The translations under genes were made by a program, and so were the position numbers. A stretch of DNA of 64,000 bases from Omnitrophica WOR_2 bacterium GWF2_43_52 (GTDB taxonomy: Bacteria > Omnitrophota > Gorgyraeia > Gygaellales > UBA12090). This document shows, in pieces, positions 8,801 through 19,195 of the stretch (its first letter is position 1; each line of letters begins with the position of its first letter). The notes under the pieces were generated by a model, which saw only the letters and a list, made by a program, of their open reading frames with translations, made no database searches and was not told the DNA's origin. The stretch is taken from assembly GCA_001805445.1 (NCBI GenBank), contig MHGF01000003.1:120429-184428 (forward strand), in the 5' to 3' direction.

Positions 8801-10651
8801 ATGCCTTACGCGCAAATAGCATTTAATTTACCGCTGTATACAACTTTTGACTATGAAATTCCCAAAGAACTGGCCTCAGAGCAGCTTGAAGGCAAGCGGG
8901 TACTTGTTGGATTCGGGAGCCATCATCGCATCGGTATCATTGTAGGCCTCACAGCAAAGCCTTTTGTTGCCAATGTCAAGCCGATACAAAAAATGCTTGA
9001 TGGCCACCCAATCCTCAGCAAAAAACTTTTAGATTTAACACGTCGTGTTTCAGACTACTACTGCAACCCTTGGGGAGAAGCCATAGCTACAGCATTACCT
9101 ATTAAGATACGTAACGGCGAGCCAGTTGTCATCCATGAACCAACGAAAAAAGACAATGGCACAGAGAGTCAAGCACAAACAGTGTATGTGCAGGCACCTA
9201 CCCTTACCCAACGCCTTGTTTATTACTCACAGGTGATAGAGAAAACCGTCAGAGAAGGAAAATCGGTAATATTTTTATCTCCGGAGATACGTGAGGGAGA
9301 CTCTATTTATAACCTGCTCAAAGGCCGCTATGGGGATAGCGTTACGGTTATGCACCGTAAGCAAAAGGCAAAAGAAGAATTAACGGCCTGGCTGCAAGCA
9401 CGAGAGGGACGAATAAGCATCCTCATCGGAACCCGGCCCGCGGTATTCGCGCCTTTCGTAAATCTGGGGCTTATCATCGTTGATGACGAAGATGGCTACG
9501 GATACAAAGAAGAGCAAATGCCTTACTATCATGCCCGCGATGTCGCGCTTATGCGCTCAACCTTGGAAAAATTCAGCCTTATTCTCGGCGGGAAGCTGCC
9601 TTCGTTAGAATCATTGTACGCTATAAGAAAAAAGAAATACGGCTTCATCGATCTCAATGATAACGCGCGCGTTCCTAAGATTACCATTGCTGATATCAGC
9701 CATCGCCGGATCTCACGAAACAAGGCAGGGCTTATTATTTCAAGCGTGGTAGAAGACAAGCTGCAGAAAGCCCTCCAGGCGCAAAAAAAAATCATTCTTT
9801 TTGTCAATCGTAAAGGGTTTGCCAGTATAGCGCTCTGCCAGAAATGCGGTTTTGTGCTTAGTTGTGAGGCCTGCAGCTCCAGGCTCATATTTCATTTTGA
9901 CGAAAAGAAACTTATCTGCCACTCCTGCGGTAAAAAGAAAGAACCGTACGCGCTTTGCCCGCACTGTAACTCTCATTATATAAGTTACATGGGTTTTGGC
10001 ACAGAAAAAGTGCTCAGCCACTTTAGCCTTATGTTTCCGCAGGCTCGTATCAGGAGCCTGGATAAAAACCACCCAGACTCCTTAGAAAATCCAGATATCC
10101 TTATTGCCACCGAGATGCTTTTTCACCAAGAGCAAAACACACACGCGGATATCGTTGTTGCCCTTGATCTTGACAGCGCCTTACAGATAGTTAATTTTAG
10201 AAGCAATGAGAAATTATATGGGCTCCTGTACCGGCTCAGGGCCATAGCCAAGGATGAGCTTATCTTGCAAACAAGAATGGCTGAATACTACCAACGCAAG
10301 GAACTCCTTACCCTTGACCTAGAAAAACTTTTCACAGCGGAATTAAAGGAAAGAAAACTCCTTAACCTTCCGCCTTATACGCATCTGGCCATCATCACGG
10401 TAAGGGGTAAAGACGCCGAGCGCGCCAAAACCATCGCGCAAAGGATATTTGACATCATGCGGCAACCGGGGAAAAAAATGGAGTTGTTTGAGCCGCGAGA
10501 GGCGACGCCGTTTAAGCTGCGCGGCAATTTTCGTTTTACCATACTTATTAAAATGAAAAATCCCCTGGCTGTAAGCGGCTTCCTGAAAACACGATTAAAA
10601 AAAATAAAATCTTCGGGGGCTTTTGTAAGTGTTGATGTCGACCCCCAATAA
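8801..10651 (+). CDS. priA: Primosomal protein N' (PriA) homolog with degenerate helicase motifs I and II
   Basis: Full PriA architecture with the Cys-rich zinc-binding region (CQKCGFVLSCEACS...CHSCG...CPHCNS). Walker A position reads VQAPTLTQRLVY instead of GxTGSGKT. The DEEH position reads DDED. Confidence 0.75.
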   Translation: MPYAQIAFNLPLYTTFDYEIPKELASEQLEGKRVLVGFGSHHRIGIIVGLTAKPFVANVKPIQKMLDGHPILSKKLLDLTRRVSDYYCNPWGEAIATALPIKIRNGEPVVIHEPTKKDNGTESQAQTVYVQAPTLTQRLVYYSQVIEKTVREGKSVIFLSPEIREGDSIYNLLKGRYGDSVTVMHRKQKAKEELTAWLQAREGRISILIGTRPAVFAPFVNLGLIIVDDEDGYGYKEEQMPYYHARDVALMRSTLEKFSLILGGKLPSLESLYAIRKKKYGFIDLNDNARVPKITIADISHRRISRNKAGLIISSVVEDKLQKALQAQKKIILFVNRKGFASIALCQKCGFVLSCEACSSRLIFHFDEKKLICHSCGKKKEPYALCPHCNSHYISYMGFGTEKVLSHFSLMFPQARIRSLDKNHPDSLENPDILIATEMLFHQEQNTHADIVVALDLDSALQIVNFRSNEKLYGLLYRLRAIAKDELILQTRMAEYYQRKELLTLDLEKLFTAELKERKLLNLPPYTHLAIITVRGKDAERAKTIAQRIFDIMRQPGKKMELFEPREATPFKLRGNFRFTILIKMKNPLAVSGFLKTRLKKIKSSGAFVSVDVDPQ

Positions 10652-10675
10652 CCACCAGAGATAAGACAACAAACC

Positions 10676-11602
10676 ATGAACATAGTTTTTTTTGGCAGCT
10701 CTCAATTCGCGGTACAAAGCCTTGAAGCCTTAGTAAAAGCCGGCCATACCATTAGCCTTGTGGTAACCCGGCCTGACAAGCCCAAAGGAAGGCGCTTATT
10801 CATACACCCTACTGAGGTAGCCTTAAAGGCCAAGGCCTTAGGCTTGGCTATTTTTCAGCCCGACAATCCGAATACTCCTGAGGCACTTGAATGGCTCAAA
10901 AAAACGCCCGCGGATTTATACGTCGTGGCTTCATATGGCCATATCCTTAACCAGGATATCTTAAACCTGCCCAGGCTCATGGCTCTTAATATCCACGCCT
11001 CATTACTGCCAAAATACAGAGGAGCCGCTCCTATTCATTGGGCGATCATTAAGGGAGAAAAAGAAACAGGAATCAGCATTATCAAAATGATTCCCCGCAT
11101 GGATGCCGGAGATATTCTGCTAGAAAAGAAAATCAACATTGAAAATACTGATACCGCGCAAAGCTTAAGCGAAAAATTAGAGGCCTTAGCAAGCGAGGCT
11201 ATTCTAGAAGCAGTGAAGCTTTTAGAAGATAAACAACTCACGTTCATCAAGCAGGATGAAACTCAGGTAACGTATGCTCCTAAATTGCAGAAAGAACACT
11301 GCCTTATCAATTGGAATAACGACGCCACTACTATCGCGCATCAAATACGGGGGCTTTCCCCGTCGCCGGCAGCCTATACCTACCGCAAAGGAAAGATGAT
11401 AAAGATTTTCGCGGCCAAAGCACTTGACTATCTGGAAACCAAACCTGCCATTGTCTTAGCCGTAAGCAAGAAAATAATCCTCATAGGCTGCAAAGAGGGC
11501 GCGGTTGAGCTCTTTGAGCTACAAATGGAAAATGGAAAACGAATGTCGGTAGAGGCATTTTCCTGCGGCTATAAAATCCATCCCGGTGAACAATGGGGAT
11601 AA
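10676..11602 (+). CDS. fmt: Methionyl-tRNA formyltransferase
   Basis: MNIVFFGSSQFAV...; formyltransferase N-terminal and C-terminal domains. Confidence 0.9.
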   Translation: MNIVFFGSSQFAVQSLEALVKAGHTISLVVTRPDKPKGRRLFIHPTEVALKAKALGLAIFQPDNPNTPEALEWLKKTPADLYVVASYGHILNQDILNLPRLMALNIHASLLPKYRGAAPIHWAIIKGEKETGISIIKMIPRMDAGDILLEKKINIENTDTAQSLSEKLEALASEAILEAVKLLEDKQLTFIKQDETQVTYAPKLQKEHCLINWNNDATTIAHQIRGLSPSPAAYTYRKGKMIKIFAAKALDYLETKPAIVLAVSKKIILIGCKEGAVELFELQMENGKRMSVEAFSCGYKIHPGEQWG

Positions 11603-11708
11603 CCGGTCAGTTATCAGGAACCAAAGAAAACGGGTCCTGTCCCCGCCTGCGGCGGGGCCACCCATTTTCCCCATTCACTAACGCATTATCAATGGGGTTA
11701 AAATTTCC

Positions 11709-11736
11709 TTGCAGAAAATCACCGCTATGTTATAAT
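11709..11736 (+). promoter_or_regulatory. Sigma-70-like promoter TTGCAG-16-TATAAT immediately upstream of the GalT-like pair (near-leaderless)
   Basis: CCTTGCAGAAAATCACCGCTATGTTATAATTGAAAAACTATG; the ATG lies 9-10 nt after the -10 box and there is no RBS. Confidence 0.45.
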
Positions 11737-11745
11737 TGAAAAACT

Positions 11746-12765
11746 ATGCCTGAATTAAGAAAAGACCCCATTATCGGTAGATGGGTCATTATAGCAACTG
11801 AACGTTCAAAAAGGCCTGACGAGCTAAGCTCCAAAGCAAATGGCTCGCCTGACGGGGAGTGCCCCTTTTGTGAAACGAAGGAGGCCAAGACCCCGGGTGA
11901 AATATTTGCCATCCGTAAAAATAACCAGCCTAATACCCCGGGATGGCAGGTACGAGCCATTCCGAGTGTCGCCCCTTTTTTACGTATTGAAGGCGATTCC
12001 GACCGCCGCGGCCATGGCCTTTATGATGTCATGAACAGTATCGGCGCGCATGAAGTTATCGTAGAGACACCCCAGCATATAGATAATATCGCTGATCTGG
12101 CGACAGAGCAGATTGCAAGCGTCTTTTACGCTTACCGGGAACGGATGATGGATTTAGAAAAAGACCAGAGGTTTAAATATGTCCTTGTCTTCAAAAATCA
12201 CGGCTGGAGCGCTGGCGGCGGGAAGGAAAAGCATTCGCGCTCACAGCTCATCGCCACACCGATAACCCCGATGCGGGTAAAAGAAGAACTTATCGGCTCG
12301 CGCCAATACTACGACTATCATGAACGCTGTATCTTTTGCGATATTATACGCCAGGAAACACAACAGAAAGAACGCGTAGTCTGTGATATGGATGGTTTTG
12401 TAGCGGTAGCGCCTTTCGCGTCACGTTTTCCTTTTGAAGTCTGGATTTTACCCAAAAAACATTCCAGTGATTTTACCAAATGCGACGATCAACACCGCGT
12501 AGATTTGGCAAGAATTCTTAAGCAGGTATTGCTTAAACTGAAGAAAGCCTTAGACGATCCGCCGTATAACTATATTATCCATACCGCGCCTTTTCGCAGG
12601 GAAAAACGCGGTTACTGGAAAACCGTTAATCAGGATTATCATTGGCATATTGAAATTATGCCGCGCATTACACGGGTTGCGGGGTTTGAATGGGGAAGCG
12701 GTTTTTACATTTGCCCTATCCCCCCGGAAGACGCGGCACGATTTTTAAGGGAAACTGAAATATAA
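11746..12765 (+). CDS. GalT-like HIT-family (branch III) nucleotidyltransferase paralog 1, predicted catalytically inactive
   Basis: CPFC zinc motif, GAHEVI, and the second-half CIFCDI. The HPH nucleophile motif is replaced by KHSRSQ (His->Arg at the nucleophile position). Confidence 0.75.
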   Translation: MPELRKDPIIGRWVIIATERSKRPDELSSKANGSPDGECPFCETKEAKTPGEIFAIRKNNQPNTPGWQVRAIPSVAPFLRIEGDSDRRGHGLYDVMNSIGAHEVIVETPQHIDNIADLATEQIASVFYAYRERMMDLEKDQRFKYVLVFKNHGWSAGGGKEKHSRSQLIATPITPMRVKEELIGSRQYYDYHERCIFCDIIRQETQQKERVVCDMDGFVAVAPFASRFPFEVWILPKKHSSDFTKCDDQHRVDLARILKQVLLKLKKALDDPPYNYIIHTAPFRREKRGYWKTVNQDYHWHIEIMPRITRVAGFEWGSGFYICPIPPEDAARFLRETEI

Positions 12766-13757
12766 TGTCAGAACTAAGACGAGATCCTATCATTGAACGC
12801 TGGGTAATCGTGGATACGGACAACCCCACCAAACCGGAAGACTTTGAAAAAGAAGAAATAGTCTATCGTACAGGAGATTGCCCTTTTTGCTACGGCAACG
12901 AAGCAACCACCCCTCATGAGGTAGAGGTCATCCGCGACCCCGCCACGCACCCTAACAAGCCCGGATGGCAGGTAAGGGTAGTACCCAACAAGTTCCCTGC
13001 CCTGCAAATCGAAGGCGAAATAGAACGCCGAGGTGTCGGCTTATATGATATGTCAAACGGCATCGGCGCTCATGAGATTATCATCCAAACCCCCTACCAT
13101 CATAAGGAAATTCCTGACCTGGAAGACTACGAGGTGGAAAACGTCATCGCTATGTATTGCCGGAGGATGAACGATTTACATAAAGATACCCGTTTTAAAT
13201 ATATCCTTCTCTTTAAAAATTACGGCCCTTCCGCGGGGGCATCGCTTGAGCATCCGCATACCCAGCTTATCGCCCTGCCGATGATACCCAAAAACGTCCA
13301 GGAAGAATTAGACGGCGCTTATAAGTATTTTGAGTACCGCGAACGCTGTATTTTTTGTGATATCATCCGCCAGGAGCTGCAGGAAAAGGAGAGAATCATC
13401 TTTGAAAGTAAATACTTTATCGCCTTTTGCCCTTTTATCTCAAAATTCCCCTTTGAGGTCTGGATTATCCCCAAAAAGCATCAAGAGGCTTACTGCATGA
13501 TGAACCAGGAACAGATCCAGGAATTGGCGAAAATGCTTAAAAATACTTTACAAAGAATAAAAGATGTGCTATATAATCCAGCTTACAACTTTATCGTGCA
13601 TACCTCGCCGATAAATGTGGAGCATCGGGAAGGCTATCACTGGCACATAGAGATAATGCCTAAACTGACCCGGGTCGCCGGCTTTGAATGGGGGACAGGT
13701 TTTTACGTTGTGCCGACGCCTCCGGAAGTAGCGGCGAAGTACCTGAAGCAATCGTAA
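12765..13757 (+). CDS. GalT-like HIT-family nucleotidyltransferase (galactose-1-phosphate uridylyltransferase / ADP-glucose phosphorylase type) paralog 2, active-site intact
   Basis: CPFC, GAHEII, and an intact EHPHTQLIA motif. TAATG overlap with paralog 1. Confidence 0.8.
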   Translation: MSELRRDPIIERWVIVDTDNPTKPEDFEKEEIVYRTGDCPFCYGNEATTPHEVEVIRDPATHPNKPGWQVRVVPNKFPALQIEGEIERRGVGLYDMSNGIGAHEIIIQTPYHHKEIPDLEDYEVENVIAMYCRRMNDLHKDTRFKYILLFKNYGPSAGASLEHPHTQLIALPMIPKNVQEELDGAYKYFEYRERCIFCDIIRQELQEKERIIFESKYFIAFCPFISKFPFEVWIIPKKHQEAYCMMNQEQIQELAKMLKNTLQRIKDVLYNPAYNFIVHTSPINVEHREGYHWHIEIMPKLTRVAGFEWGTGFYVVPTPPEVAAKYLKQS

Positions 13758-13859
13758 ATAAGAAGGAAATGATAATTGTTGCGTGTACCGTTAACCGTGT
13801 ACCGCTCACCGTAACGGTAAACTGTCAGCGGTAAACGGTAAACGAAACAGTAGCTTTAA

Positions 13860-14885
<1,026 letters not shown>

Positions 14886-14896
14886 AAATGCGTTAT

Positions 14897-14930
14897 CAAG
14901 GCTAAGCCTCGTTAACGAGGCTTAGCCTTG
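14897..14930. repeat. Palindromic element, family A: CAAGGCTAAGCCTCG-TTAA-CGAGGCTTAGCCTTG in the gap-pgk spacer
   Basis: Perfect 15-bp stem. No downstream T-run, so it is not a classical terminator. Confidence 0.7.
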
Positions 14931-14942
14931 AACATACTTCAA

Positions 14943-16127
14943 ATGAATAAACTGACAGTAAAAGATGTGCCGCTGTGCGGGAAAAAAGTCTTAGTCCGCT
15001 GTGATTTTAACGTGCCGCAAGACACTAGCTTAGCCATCACCGATGATACCCGTATTCGCGCATCGTTACCGACAATCAATTATATTTTAGAAAAGCAGCC
15101 TGCCCAAATTATACTCATGAGCCATTTAGGCAGGCCTGACGGCCAGCCGGTCGCAAAATACAGCCTTAAACCTGTTCAAGAAAGGCTCGAGCAACTACTC
15201 AAGCAAAAAGTAAAAATGCTCAGCGATTGTATCGGCCAGGGGATTAAGGATGAAATCGCGGCGTCAAACGAAAAGATTGTTTTATTAGAGAATCTGCGCT
15301 TTCACGCTGAAGAAGAAAAAAATGACGCGGCATTTTCAAAGGCATTAGCGAGTGTAGCCGATATTTATGTCAACGACGCCTTCGGTACCGCGCATAGAGC
15401 GCACGCCTCGACAGAGGGAGTGGCTCACTACCTGACCTCGGTATCAGGGCTCCTGCTGGAGAAAGAAATCACCTATCTTGGCGCGGCCTTGGAAAAGCCG
15501 AAGAAACCCTTTATTGTTATTTTAGGAGGGTCTAAGGTTTCCGATAAAATCGGAGTGATTGAAAACCTCCTGCCCAAAGCCGACGCGATTATTATTGGAG
15601 GCGGCATGGCCTATACCTTTTTAAAGGCACAAGGCAAAAAAATAGGAAACTCAAAATTAGAAAAAGAGAAATTAGAGATCGCCAAAGAAATTTTAGTAAA
15701 AGCGCAAAAACAAAATGTCACTCTATCCTTACCCATAGATAATGTCATCACTGACAAGATAGAACCAGGTTCAACCGTACAAATAACAGGTGAAGATATC
15801 CCTGATGGCTTCATTGGGGTTGATATAGGCCCCAAAACAATCCAGGCATATTGCGACAGCCTTAAAAAAGCCCAAACGGTAGTCTGGAACGGCCCGTTAG
15901 GGATTTTTGAAATTGACGCCTTCGCCAACGGAACAAAAGAAATCGCGAAGTGCCTCGCGGGGCTTAAGGCAACAACCATTATCGGCGGTGGAGATACCGC
16001 GGCGGCAGTGGCAAAATTTGGTTTAGAAAATAAAATGACCCATATTTCAACCGGAGGAGGGGCATCGCTAGAATTTCTTGAAGGCAAGACCCTTCCCGGG
16101 ATAGCAGCGTTAACTGATAAAAAATAA
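14943..16127 (+). CDS. pgk: Phosphoglycerate kinase
   Basis: MNKLTVKDV...; PGK hinge/ATP motifs. The track start (TTG at 14928) was replaced by the ATG at residue 6. Confidence 0.95.
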   Translation: MNKLTVKDVPLCGKKVLVRCDFNVPQDTSLAITDDTRIRASLPTINYILEKQPAQIILMSHLGRPDGQPVAKYSLKPVQERLEQLLKQKVKMLSDCIGQGIKDEIAASNEKIVLLENLRFHAEEEKNDAAFSKALASVADIYVNDAFGTAHRAHASTEGVAHYLTSVSGLLLEKEITYLGAALEKPKKPFIVILGGSKVSDKIGVIENLLPKADAIIIGGGMAYTFLKAQGKKIGNSKLEKEKLEIAKEILVKAQKQNVTLSLPIDNVITDKIEPGSTVQITGEDIPDGFIGVDIGPKTIQAYCDSLKKAQTVVWNGPLGIFEIDAFANGTKEIAKCLAGLKATTIIGGGDTAAAVAKFGLENKMTHISTGGGASLEFLEGKTLPGIAALTDKK

Positions 16128-16137
16128 AAGCAGAAAA

Positions 16138-16899
16138 ATGCGCAGGCCCATAATTGCCGGAAATTGGAAGATGTATAAAACCCTTAAGGAGGGCCAAGAT
16201 TTAGTCACTATCCTAAAGAGAGACCTCTATGATATAGAAGCGGTAGACATTGTGGTATGCCCGCCATTTACTTTACTTACCTATATCGCGGATATGCTTG
16301 AAGCAAGCACTATCGGATTGTCTGCCCAGGATCTCTTTTGGGAAGATGAGGGGGCATATACGGGTGAAATCTCAGGAAAAATGCTCAAAGATGCCGGCTG
16401 CAGCTATTGCCTGATAGGCCACTCCGAGCGCCGCCAATTCTTCGGAGAAACTGACGAAACGGTAAGCAAAAAGGTTTTCGCGGCGTTAAAAAACGGTTTA
16501 ACTCCGATAGTCTGTATCGGAGAAAACCTGTTGGATAGAGAGAAAAGCCTTACGTTTGAACGTATCAAGAGTCAACTTGATAAAGGCTTGCAAGGATTAA
16601 CAAAACTCGACGCGGAAAAAATAATTCTTGCCTATGAACCGGTATGGGCAATAGGAACTGGAAAAGTAGCCACTCCCGAACAGGCGCAAGAAGTACACCA
16701 CTACATTAGAAGCTGGTTAACACAGCACTATGGCGATGATACCGCAAGCAGCATACGCATTCAATACGGCGGCTCAGTCAAGCCGGAAAATATAGCCGGA
16801 CTTATGGCTCAAGGCGACATTGATGGAGCACTCGTAGGTGGAGCCAGCCTCAAGGCAGATGTTTTCTCTTGCCTCGTACGCAACACTTTGAAAGGATAA
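16138..16899 (+). CDS. tpiA: Triosephosphate isomerase
   Basis: IAGNWKMYKT, GHSERR and AYEPVWAIGTG motifs. Confidence 0.95.
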   Translation: MRRPIIAGNWKMYKTLKEGQDLVTILKRDLYDIEAVDIVVCPPFTLLTYIADMLEASTIGLSAQDLFWEDEGAYTGEISGKMLKDAGCSYCLIGHSERRQFFGETDETVSKKVFAALKNGLTPIVCIGENLLDREKSLTFERIKSQLDKGLQGLTKLDAEKIILAYEPVWAIGTGKVATPEQAQEVHHYIRSWLTQHYGDDTASSIRIQYGGSVKPENIAGLMAQGDIDGALVGGASLKADVFSCLVRNTLKG

Positions 16900-16902
16900 C
16901 TC

Positions 16903-17307
16903 ATGTTATATAGTATTTTTATTTACCTTCACGTCATTGTATGTATAGGGTTGATCGCCATTGTCTTAGTTCAGGCTGGCAGAGGCGGGGGCTTATCCGA
17001 GACCTTTTCAGGGGCCGAGTCAATTTTCGGTACCAAGACCAATGCCATGCTTACTAAAGCAACAGCACTATTTGCCATTATTTTCTTCATTACCTGCTTA
17101 TCCCTAGCCCTCATCTCTAAGCAGCGTTCACAATCGCTTATTGAGGGAAAGAAAATCCCTGTAAAACCTCAAACAAACACTTCCCAGACACACGATACTG
17201 CGCAAGAAACTAAAAACCCAGAAAACCCTCCATCAAACCAAACTCAGACACAATCACCTCCAGCAAATACAACCCAAAAAGTACCCGAGCAAAAAGAACA
17301 AAAATAA
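16903..17307 (+). CDS. secG: Preprotein translocase subunit SecG with a low-complexity C-terminal tail
   Basis: SecG core (LIAIVLVQAGRGGGL...) followed by a P/T/Q/N-rich tail. Confidence 0.8.
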   Translation: MLYSIFIYLHVIVCIGLIAIVLVQAGRGGGLSETFSGAESIFGTKTNAMLTKATALFAIIFFITCLSLALISKQRSQSLIEGKKIPVKPQTNTSQTHDTAQETKNPENPPSNQTQTQSPPANTTQKVPEQKEQK

Positions 17308-17330
17308 AGTTTTAAGCCATGCCGCGCAAA

Positions 17331-17382
17331 CTAGTACACCGTAAAGTTAGACTTTGTGAGTATGACGGTGTACTCAAGGGGG
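17331..17382 (+). repeat. Hairpin element, family B: CTAGTACACCGT...(about 27 nt)...ACGGTGTACT-CAAGGGGG, in the 5' leader of the substrate-binding-protein gene
   Basis: 10-bp stem AGTACACCGT/ACGGTGTACT. A second copy sits at 36495-36548 with the same arrangement relative to the next gene. The G-run after the stem doubles as the RBS. Confidence 0.65.
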
Positions 17383-18989
17383 TGCGGGGCAAAAGCCTTG
17401 CGCTACTCACCGCTCTCCTGGGGCCGATGTGTATCATAACCTCTTGTTGCTTTGCTCAGGATTATGGCGACGCGCTTGTCGCGGGCTCTATCAGTGATGC
17501 CCGGACATTAATCCCTATTTTGGCTTCGGATTCAGCATCCGCGGATGTCTGCGGCCTGCTCTATAACGGCTTGGTCAAATATGACAAGGATATCAACCTC
17601 ATCGGTGATTTAGCGGAATCCTGGGAAATCAAAAATGAAGGGCTGACGATTATTTTTCACCTGCGTAAAGGCATTCGCTGGCATGACGGCAGTCCTTTTA
17701 CAGCGGCAGATGTCGCGTTTACCTATCAGAAATTAATCGATCCCTTGGTGCGCACCCCCTACTCTGGGGACTTTTTAAAAGTCAAATCTTTGGAAATTAT
17801 CGATGATTACACCGTAGGTGTCAGCTATAGCGAACCATTTGCTCCCGGGCTCGCCAGCTGGGGAATGCCGATTATGCCCCTGCACCTTTTAGAGAAAGAA
17901 GATCTTCAGGCGACTTCCTACGCGCGTCAACCTATCGGTACAGGCCCTTATAAACTCAAAGCCTGGAAATCACAGGAAAGGGTGGAATTGGTAAGCAATA
18001 AAAACTATTTTGAGAAATCCCCCTATCTTAGCCGTTACATCTTCAAAGTGATCCCCGATGAGGCAACCTTATTTTTAGAATTACAGGCGCAGACTATTGA
18101 TTTTAGCGGCCTCAGTTCCCTGCAATACAAAAAACAGACGGACACCAAATTTTTTAAGGACAATTACCAGAAATTCCGATTAGAATCATTTGGCTACACC
18201 TATCTTGGCTACAATCTGTCGCATCCTTTCTTTAAAGATAAGCGAATCCGCCAGGCCCTCAATTACGCGGTAAACAAAAATGAAATTATTCAAGGGGTAT
18301 TACTAGGCTTAGGCCGAATGTGCACAGGCCCTTTTGTCCCTGAATCCTGGGCCTACAATAAGGAGATAACCCCCGCGCCATACTCTCCCGAGAAGGCAAA
18401 AGAAATTTTATCAGCATGCGGCTGGAGAGACCACAACGGCGATGGTATTTTAGATAAGGAAGGGGCTGCCTTTGAATTTACCATTATTACTAACCAGGGA
18501 AACCTTGAGCGCCAGCGCGCCGCGGAAATTATACAGTCCCACCTTAAGAATATCGGAATAAAAGTAAAAATAAAGATAGTCGAGTGGTCGGCATTCCTTT
18601 CGGAGTATATTGACAAGCGGCATTTTGACGCGGCCCTTCTTGGCTGGTCGCTGGGAAGGGAGCCTGACTGCTACGATATTTGGCATTCCTCAAAAACAAA
18701 AGAAGGTGAGTTCAATTTTATCAGCTATAAAAATAGCGAGGTTGACCGATTGCTCGATGAAGGGCGCAAAACCTTTGACCAAAATAAAAGAAAGGAAATT
18801 TACCAGGAAATCCACAGCATACTTTATGATGAACAACCTTACATGTTTCTTTATATACCGGACAGCCTGCCGATTATCTCAAAGCGTTTCCAGGGGATAA
18901 AGCCCGCTCCTGTCGGGATAAGCTACAATCTCATAGACTGGTGGGTGCCCAAGGAAAAACAGCGCTACAGGTCTGTGATAGAGCAATAA
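17382..18989 (+). CDS. ABC transporter substrate-binding protein, family 5 (oligopeptide/nickel, OppA/DppA-like), probable lipoprotein
   Basis: SBP_bac_5-type sequence. Start re-chosen as the GTG at residue 22: it is preceded by an AAGGGGG RBS and gives a signal peptide MRGKSLALLTALLGPMCIITSCC. The upstream 60 nt are a repeat hairpin. Confidence 0.75.
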   Translation: MRGKSLALLTALLGPMCIITSCCFAQDYGDALVAGSISDARTLIPILASDSASADVCGLLYNGLVKYDKDINLIGDLAESWEIKNEGLTIIFHLRKGIRWHDGSPFTAADVAFTYQKLIDPLVRTPYSGDFLKVKSLEIIDDYTVGVSYSEPFAPGLASWGMPIMPLHLLEKEDLQATSYARQPIGTGPYKLKAWKSQERVELVSNKNYFEKSPYLSRYIFKVIPDEATLFLELQAQTIDFSGLSSLQYKKQTDTKFFKDNYQKFRLESFGYTYLGYNLSHPFFKDKRIRQALNYAVNKNEIIQGVLLGLGRMCTGPFVPESWAYNKEITPAPYSPEKAKEILSACGWRDHNGDGILDKEGAAFEFTIITNQGNLERQRAAEIIQSHLKNIGIKVKIKIVEWSAFLSEYIDKRHFDAALLGWSLGREPDCYDIWHSSKTKEGEFNFISYKNSEVDRLLDEGRKTFDQNKRKEIYQEIHSILYDEQPYMFLYIPDSLPIISKRFQGIKPAPVGISYNLIDWWVPKEKQRYRSVIEQ

Positions 18990-19195
18990 ACCTAGTACAG
19001 CGTGACATTAGTTATTAACAATGTTTTATCGTGTCAGGATATAAAGCGCGCGTGCCCTGACAAGGTTATGTTTTCGCATGGACGTTCGGCATGTTCAAAC
19101 ACAATCTTGCCACCCCCGCTGGCAAGGTGAAGCCTTGTAGATAGTAAAAATTTATGTTACAGCGCACTAGTACACTGTAACAAAAGTTTTTAACT

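Noticed and set aside
10825-10850. GCCAAGGCCTTAGGCTTGGC palindrome inside fmt, resembling family A
   Set aside because: One mismatch, a different arm sequence, and it encodes a conserved Ala/Leu/Gly-rich segment of Fmt. Judged coincidental.
18610-18900. + strand ORF of 96 aa inside the oligopeptide-binding protein gene, and similar nested + ORFs (1672-1881, 2136-2342, 11840-12034, 20142-20330, 36062-36295, 43606-43926, 46167-46352)
   Set aside because: These are alternative-frame ORFs within well-supported genes, with no independent evidence.
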